DNA of 64,000 bases, from contig CALGGS010000055.1 of assembly GCA_937915735.1 (NCBI GenBank), positions 7,881 through 71,880 on the forward strand, given 5' to 3'. Shown in pieces: positions 57,917 to 64,000 of the stretch. Source of the stretch: an uncultured Treponema sp. Its GTDB lineage: Bacteria; Spirochaetota; Spirochaetia; Treponematales; Treponemataceae. The notes beneath the pieces were generated by a model that did not search any database, was not told where the DNA came from, and saw nothing but the letters and a program-made list of their open reading frames with translations. How positions within the stretch are numbered: the first letter of the stretch is position 1; every line of letters starts with the position of its first letter. Position numbers and translations under genes: made by a program.

Positions 57917-60900
57917 TAATGACAAAAATCATCGACCAATGAATATTTTCCTTCATGTAGATTTAGACGCATTTTTCGCTTCGGTCGAGCAGCTCGACCA
58001 CCCTGAATGGCGGGGAAAGCCTGTTATTGTAGGCTCTCTTCCGACTGACAGGCGTGGTGTCGTCTCTACGGCAAGTTATGAGGCTCGTCGTTTCGGCGTT
58101 CACTCTGCGATGCCGATTTTTCAGGCTGTCCGTCTTTGCCCCCAAGGAATTTTTGTCCGTGGGAGGATGAAACGCTATCACGAAAAATCTGAGGAGGTGA
58201 TGGCGATTTTTAAGGAATATTCGCCTGACATCCAGCAGATTTCGGTTGACGAGGCTTTTATTGATTTGACGGGAACAGAGCGCCTTTTCGGGAATCCGGT
58301 TGAAACAGCTAAAAGGCTGAAGGCTGAGGTAAAGGAAAAGACAGGACTTACTGTCTCAGTGGGGCTTTCTTCGACAAAATACTGCGCGAAAATCGCCTCT
58401 GGCTTGCAAAAGCCAGACGGTCTTACTGTCGTTCCGTTCGGAAGTGAAACGGACTTTATGCTCTCTCTTCCGCTTGAAAAGGTCTGGGGGGCTGGAAAAA
58501 AGACCCTTTCAAAGCTCGAAAGCTACGGAATAAAAACGACTCGTGACATCTATAACCGCTCAGAAAAACTTTTGCAAAGCCTTTTCGGAAATGCCATGGG
58601 CTCTTTTCTGTACAATTCCGTTCGGGGAAATGAAAGCGCGGACTTCAGGGCAGAGGTAAAATCCCGCTCAATAAGCGCGGAAAACACCTACGAATACGAT
58701 TTAACTGACAGAGATGCCATTGAAACGGCGATTCTTTCGTTATGTAACACTGTTATGTTCAGGAGCCTGCGCGAAAAAGTCAGAAGTTCGACTGTATCCC
58801 TAAAAATCCGCTATGAAGATTTTACGACTGTGAGCGTTCAGGCGACGAGCGAGCGATATGTTTCCAGTGTTGACGATTTATATGAGCGGACAAAGGCTCT
58901 TTTTGAAAAAAAATATGACTCAAGGCTCTCTATTCGCCTTCTGGGAGTCTGTCTTCAAAATCTTGAGGATGAAAATACCCCTCTCCAAAGGGAGCTTTTT
59001 GATTTCGGAGAGGGAAAAAAACGAAAGCTTGAGAGTGCCATTCTAAAGGCTCAGGAAAAAAATCCGGGCCTAAAAATCACTAAGGCCCGACTTTTAGGGA
59101 TGACGATGATTTTGCTGTCGCTTCTGACTTTGTTTCCCAAAAAGGCCGTGGCAGAAGAAAAAGAGGCTGACGGAGCGGCAGGAATTGTCTTTGACACTTC
59201 AAAGCTCCCTCTTTCCGACTCCGGGAATTTTATCTCTCTTTTTAACAGGGATTTTGGCAAGCAGAATGTAGAATTTTTTGCAGAAGGCTACTGGAAGTCG
59301 ACTGTCACTGGCGGGGCGGCCTGTTCCTTTGGATTCGGACTTTCCCCCACTCTTTCGACTTCAACCCCTGTTTTTGCACAGAATGTGGATTTATCGCTTT
59401 ATTTTATGCTGAATCATCACTGGTATTTTGAGGCAGCCTTTGCAGATGAATTCAGCGAAAACACGGTCGGGGCAGGATACATTGGAGACGGCTACTTAAA
59501 GCATGGGCGCCTTTCAAACCGAAAGATAATTTTTCCCTCAATTTATTCAGTTGACGAAGTGAACAGGGGAATTGGCGGCGGAGAAAATCAGGCTCCAGGA
59601 CTTATGCTTAAATGGGCCGGTGAGAAATGGCGGGCGGACACTGTTTTACGATACGATATGCTTGAGGCCCACGAGAAAACCTGGTACGGAAAAAATTCTG
59701 TCTCGATAAAAGAAATTGCCCTTTCAGAGTACAACACGGGAAATCAATATATCTTACCCAGTCTGGCTCTCATTCAGAGCGTAAAGGCTGTTTATGTAGA
59801 GTCTGCTAATGGAGATTACAAGGACACTAAGGGACGGAAATACAAGAAGCTTGATGAAAGCCAGTATCTTTTGCTTTCAGGCGAATATCAGCTTTTGCTT
59901 TCAAAGGATGCGAAGGCTTACAAGCAGAGCGGAGTCTTGCCAGCCGTTGCCGTGACTTTTTATAACAGTGTTACACAAAGTGATTTTGGCTCTTATGATG
60001 ATGACTCAACTTTTTTGGGAAAGCTTCAGAAATGGTTCAGCTCAATTAGTAATTCGGGATGCTCAATTCGGAATTACTCATATTCTTTTTTTAATTCGAT
60101 TGACGGTGAAGACTGTTTGTTTTTGCAGCATCCTTCGGGATTTTCTCCCTTTGCAGTTGCCAGCCGATACGACTGCCTCTCTTCAAACGCCTCGGACGCA
60201 CAGATAGCTTCTTCTTCGACTCTCACGGCAGACTCTTCCTACAGCGTTGTGATAGACGAGGAGAATTATAAATTCGCTTCGACTGATTTTTTTTATTCAA
60301 ATCATTTATACGCGGATGTTTCTTTAAATGACGATGAGGCGACCGACGAAATTGAAAAATTGATTCACGCGTCTTTTCCTCTGGCTTCTGAAAATCCGCA
60401 AATTTATTTGGGCGGTATCTCCTCAAAATTGCTGGACAAAAAGCTGCAGGTCCGCACATTTACGCCCGTAAATCGATTTGAAATCGGCACTGACGCCGTA
60501 AGCGGAAGTGTCACTGTCTACAAGAACGGAGTGATTGACCCGACGGCTCAATTTGACAGCGAAAGCGGAACTATTACTCTTTCAGGAGCCGTTTCTGCAA
60601 GCGACCATATCACGGCACGCTGGTACGAGGAAAGCGAGGACTCAGAAAGCGGCGCTCTATCCTTAGCGGCAGGCTTTAAATACGACTTTACCGAAAAAAT
60701 TTCAGGCGATATTTCTGCCTCAGGCAGGTGGAGCTACTCGCCAGAAAGGGAATATGCAGATGCAAGCTACTCCTCAAACGGCTTTGCAAGCGTTGCAAGT
60801 AAAATTTCTTACGAGGGAGAAAATCTTAGGGCAAAGAACACTATCGCCTCGACTTACGAAAACTCCAACACGACCGGAATTTACAGAATCTTAGGAAATG

Positions 60901-63812
60901 ACGAGAGCGATACGGGAACTTATTACCTTGCAAAATCGGCAGGAATTGACTTACCGGGCGACTTTGCACCTGTGATAAGCGAAAAATCCTCGGCCACAAG
61001 GAATTCAATCGAATTAAAATCAGAAAAAAACGGAAGCGTGGAAGCGGGCAGCGGAAAGACTGACTCAGAAATTTCAGGATACGCAATTCCTTTTGAGTGG
61101 GATTTTTCAGGAATCACGGCAGGAAGCGATGAAAATCAGGCTTGGTCTGCCCTTTCGATTAAGACTCCGGGACTTTCAGGGACTCTTTCAAACGCAGGAT
61201 TTTTTTCGATTGCGATAAGGAATCCCTTGTACTCAGAAAATTTCGACACTTCCAGCGTCTGTCTTTACTTGCAGCTCGGAGTGTCGGGCGACGATGATTT
61301 TTCTTTCGAGGATTCAGAAAGGCTTCCTACCTGGAAAATTTCAGATTCAAGCGAGACAAACATAAAAACGGCCTTTGATTTTTCAAGCGAAATATGGCAG
61401 ACAGTCACGGTGATTCTTTCGGACGAAGACAGGGCTTCTCTCGCTTCGATTCAGAACTTTAACGCTCGTCTCATATTAACAACAAGCGACACTTCAGCCC
61501 TTCCAGAAAGGGGCAGGATTTACATAGGTCCTTATGAGGCAGGAGAAATAACTTTCCTGACTTCAATCGACTCAAATTCTGAAATTACGGTGACAAATTA
61601 CGAGGAAATCGACACAGGCCTTTCAGCTTCTGTCGTAAAAAAATTCAATTCATCTTCCTCAAAAAACACGGCCCAGCATTTTGAATGGACTTTTGAGGAC
61701 ACAAAATCTGAAAGCGAAATTACATTCACGAGATATTTTTCAGAAGCGGATTTAAGCCTTTACAAAAAACTATCTTTCTTTTTAAGGGGAGAAAATGTTG
61801 ATTCTATAAAAGTCACTCTCAGCCGCCCGGAAAATTACCGGAGCGAGTCCGACAATGGCAGCGCTTCATCAAAAACGGCTGTCAGTTACACTATTTCTTC
61901 GCTTTCGGCAGAATGGACTGAATACACGGTTGATTTGACAGGAAGGGCAGACGAAAAGCTGACCAGGGTCGACACAAATGTAGTTCCGACAAAGCTTGAA
62001 TTTACTGTCACGACAAGCGATGACGGCTTTTTTTCCTTCGACGAGCTTTATTTAAGCGAGAACACCCCGTATGTAGTTTTACAGGACAAAATGGAAGCAA
62101 GCTACAGAATCGACGGAGTGATTTTTGAGACTGAAAATTTTGAGATTTTAAAAGATTTTACCGTAAAGGGATGCACAAATGCGGCAAATTCAATCGAAAC
62201 GGAAAAGGGCTCTTCAAAAGAAAATTCTCTTTCTTCGACAGGCGCTTTGGGCTTTACTTTCATAAATCTTAAAATCAAAACGGAAGCGACACTTTCAAAC
62301 GCATACAAAAATGCAAGAGACGGCGAGACGGCCCAGAAAAATGCGCTCGGCGGAGCAAGCCACTCTCTTGAAACGGAAAAACCTGTTCTAAACAGCCTTT
62401 CTTTTTCTGAGAGCTACGCATTTAGTGCGGAAGAGGAAAGCCTTGAAAAATCAAACACTGCCAAAATCGATTTTTCTTCGTATAATTTTCCCCTGGAGAT
62501 TTCAGGCTCGACTAAGGCTTCAAGCGACTCGTGGAGCTTAAATCAAAACGCGAAAGCAAAGCTCAATTTTAAGCCGGAGAAATTAAAGCTTACAGGAGAA
62601 GCGGCCGTAAGCCAGAAAATCCTAACAGATTCGGCATCTTCTTCAAGCGAAAAGGAAAAATTCGGCACTGAAAATTATTTTTATTCTTATTCTGAAATCA
62701 CCCGCTTTTCTTTCGACACCGGAGACAAGGAGGCTCAAAAAAGAAGCGTCTCTGGAAAAACTTCTCTCTCATACTCCTTCGACTGTCTAAAACTTACTCC
62801 GCAAATCTTTTTTGAGACAGAGGGAAACTACAAATCTTCTTCAAAAATCTCATTCACGGACACGAGCAAAACGGGTTTTGACATTCCCTTCAGCGTTCAG
62901 AAAAACAACTTTTCTTTTTCATACAAAAAATCAGGCGGAAGCACAAATAAATCAAGCGTAGAAAAAGGCGGAAGCTACGAGAGGGATATTCTTGAGCTTC
63001 AAAAAAGCCTTTCAGAAAAAACATATTTTTTCACCGCAAGCCCGATTTACGACCTTGTAAGCAAAAATCTTTCAAAAAAGGTCTTTGAAACGGACAGGGA
63101 CTCAAATTATTATACGGGAAGCTACTCCTTTAATTGGAAAAGGGCTTTTTTTGCAAGCAAATACGACTTTTTCATTCCACAATCAGCAAAAATAGAAGCG
63201 ACACGGGACATTAGGACAGGCGACAGCACAGCAGATTTTTATCAGATAAAAAACACTGTGAACTACACCGCCCTAAACATTTTCGGAAAAAACGGAACGA
63301 TACCAGTTTTTTCATTTTTTTCAAAGGACGAATATGCCTCGAGCCTTACGGCGACTTTAAAAATTCCACGGGCATCTCCTTCTTCTCTCTCATACATTTT
63401 AAGCGGTTATTTGCAGGCAACCTTTTATTTTACACAAACGAATTACCTGAAAAACGGCTTTGAAGGCTCTTATGAAGGCGAAAATGACTGGAAGGCAAAA
63501 TACACCCTAGTCTGCAAGCGGGAGGGAAAATCTTCGCTGGCAAGGGGCTTAGTCTCAATTTTCAGCGAGGAATTTGCAAAAAATACAAAAAAAATAACGA
63601 AAACAGACAGCTTAAACGCAAGCGCCTCTCAAAGCTCAGGCACGACAAAAGTCACAAAGAAATACTCTGTCGCCTACACGCACGGGACAGAAACTCAGGT
63701 GACAAAATATGTCTCGCTGAACACGGAGGCAGGTCTTTCTTACTATGCAAACTGGGGAAAAATCGCGACCTTGACATGTACTGCGACAATCGGGGCGACA
63801 GTAAAGTTCTAG
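57906..63812 (+). CDS. dinB: DNA polymerase IV fused through an internal signal peptide to a ~1,550-aa outer-membrane-type protein
   Basis: HVDLDAFFASVE, SYEAR, SVDEAF, AKIAS...KPDG and QRELF motifs, with no stop until 63812. The start is TTG 57906 or ATG 57939. Confidence 0.88.
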   Translation: MLSNNDKNHRPMNIFLHVDLDAFFASVEQLDHPEWRGKPVIVGSLPTDRRGVVSTASYEARRFGVHSAMPIFQAVRLCPQGIFVRGRMKRYHEKSEEVMAIFKEYSPDIQQISVDEAFIDLTGTERLFGNPVETAKRLKAEVKEKTGLTVSVGLSSTKYCAKIASGLQKPDGLTVVPFGSETDFMLSLPLEKVWGAGKKTLSKLESYGIKTTRDIYNRSEKLLQSLFGNAMGSFLYNSVRGNESADFRAEVKSRSISAENTYEYDLTDRDAIETAILSLCNTVMFRSLREKVRSSTVSLKIRYEDFTTVSVQATSERYVSSVDDLYERTKALFEKKYDSRLSIRLLGVCLQNLEDENTPLQRELFDFGEGKKRKLESAILKAQEKNPGLKITKARLLGMTMILLSLLTLFPKKAVAEEKEADGAAGIVFDTSKLPLSDSGNFISLFNRDFGKQNVEFFAEGYWKSTVTGGAACSFGFGLSPTLSTSTPVFAQNVDLSLYFMLNHHWYFEAAFADEFSENTVGAGYIGDGYLKHGRLSNRKIIFPSIYSVDEVNRGIGGGENQAPGLMLKWAGEKWRADTVLRYDMLEAHEKTWYGKNSVSIKEIALSEYNTGNQYILPSLALIQSVKAVYVESANGDYKDTKGRKYKKLDESQYLLLSGEYQLLLSKDAKAYKQSGVLPAVAVTFYNSVTQSDFGSYDDDSTFLGKLQKWFSSISNSGCSIRNYSYSFFNSIDGEDCLFLQHPSGFSPFAVASRYDCLSSNASDAQIASSSTLTADSSYSVVIDEENYKFASTDFFYSNHLYADVSLNDDEATDEIEKLIHASFPLASENPQIYLGGISSKLLDKKLQVRTFTPVNRFEIGTDAVSGSVTVYKNGVIDPTAQFDSESGTITLSGAVSASDHITARWYEESEDSESGALSLAAGFKYDFTEKISGDISASGRWSYSPEREYADASYSSNGFASVASKISYEGENLRAKNTIASTYENSNTTGIYRILGNDESDTGTYYLAKSAGIDLPGDFAPVISEKSSATRNSIELKSEKNGSVEAGSGKTDSEISGYAIPFEWDFSGITAGSDENQAWSALSIKTPGLSGTLSNAGFFSIAIRNPLYSENFDTSSVCLYLQLGVSGDDDFSFEDSERLPTWKISDSSETNIKTAFDFSSEIWQTVTVILSDEDRASLASIQNFNARLILTTSDTSALPERGRIYIGPYEAGEITFLTSIDSNSEITVTNYEEIDTGLSASVVKKFNSSSSKNTAQHFEWTFEDTKSESEITFTRYFSEADLSLYKKLSFFLRGENVDSIKVTLSRPENYRSESDNGSASSKTAVSYTISSLSAEWTEYTVDLTGRADEKLTRVDTNVVPTKLEFTVTTSDDGFFSFDELYLSENTPYVVLQDKMEASYRIDGVIFETENFEILKDFTVKGCTNAANSIETEKGSSKENSLSSTGALGFTFINLKIKTEATLSNAYKNARDGETAQKNALGGASHSLETEKPVLNSLSFSESYAFSAEEESLEKSNTAKIDFSSYNFPLEISGSTKASSDSWSLNQNAKAKLNFKPEKLKLTGEAAVSQKILTDSASSSSEKEKFGTENYFYSYSEITRFSFDTGDKEAQKRSVSGKTSLSYSFDCLKLTPQIFFETEGNYKSSSKISFTDTSKTGFDIPFSVQKNNFSFSYKKSGGSTNKSSVEKGGSYERDILELQKSLSEKTYFFTASPIYDLVSKNLSKKVFETDRDSNYYTGSYSFNWKRAFFASKYDFFIPQSAKIEATRDIRTGDSTADFYQIKNTVNYTALNIFGKNGTIPVFSFFSKDEYASSLTATLKIPRASPSSLSYILSGYLQATFYFTQTNYLKNGFEGSYEGENDWKAKYTLVCKREGKSSLARGLVSIFSEEFAKNTKKITKTDSLNASASQSSGTTKVTKKYSVAYTHGTETQVTKYVSLNTEAGLSYYANWGKIATLTCTATIGATVKF

Positions 63813-63890
63813 ACAGACACTGTAGACAAAATTCAAACTTTATTGCAATATAAGATTTTACTTATATATTAAAATGTTAGGGAGTTTTTT

Positions 63891-64000
63891 ATGAAAAATC
63901 ACAAAATCCTTTTTGGTTTTATTGCGGCTTTTGCTTTCATTTCACTTTTTTCATGCTCAAAATCTGAAAAAAACAAGGTAAAGGTTGATTACGAAATCTA
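63891..64000 (+). CDS. Lipoprotein, 3'-truncated by the window edge
   Basis: RBS GGAG; MKNHKILFGFIAAFAFISLFS-C. Confidence 0.75.
   Translation, partial: MKNHKILFGFIAAFAFISLFSCSKSEKNKVKVDYEI

Noticed and set aside
793..63836. The many 60-146-aa ORFs overlapping longer genes
   Set aside because: Antisense or off-frame shadows of well-supported genes, with no recognisable motifs.
1..64000. CRISPR array or cas genes
   Set aside because: No regularly spaced 23-47-bp repeats with unique spacers and no Cas motifs were seen. The IS66 tnpB is unrelated to RNA-guided IS605 TnpB.

Overview
A 64-kb chromosomal segment from a spirochaete, most likely a gut or rumen Treponema. This assignment is inferred from spirochaete-type lipoboxes, a stand-alone second FliG, a long Rho and the repeat types present. 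Most of the window is housekeeping: DEAD-box helicase, glgA, an aminotransferase, an ABC-F ATPase, rnhB, wbaP, frameshifted prfB, rho, rlmJ, rsgA, tyrS, an M16 peptidase, rnc, trpS, azlCD, uxuAB with a GntR regulator, and tRNA-Phe, -Gln and -Glu. Six things stand out. (1) A 1,968-codon ORF joins an intact DNA polymerase IV in frame, through an internal signal peptide, to a ~1,550-aa outer-membrane-type protein. (2) A BASS transporter is fused to a sensor-HAMP-SpoIIE phosphatase. (3) A complete non-autonomous IS66 (11-bp TIRs, 8-bp TSD) carries envelope-protein cargo between tnpB and a doubly deleted tnpC. (4) A palindromic repeat family is translated in frame inside two unrelated genes, resembling Rickettsia palindromic elements, alongside several MITE/REP-like elements. 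(5) An XRE-linked FN3/CsgG-barrel/ankyrin lipoprotein cluster is led by an unannotated 26-aa ORF. (6) An outer-membrane barrel has a compositionally distinct central loop. All calls come from motif reading by eye; no searches were run.
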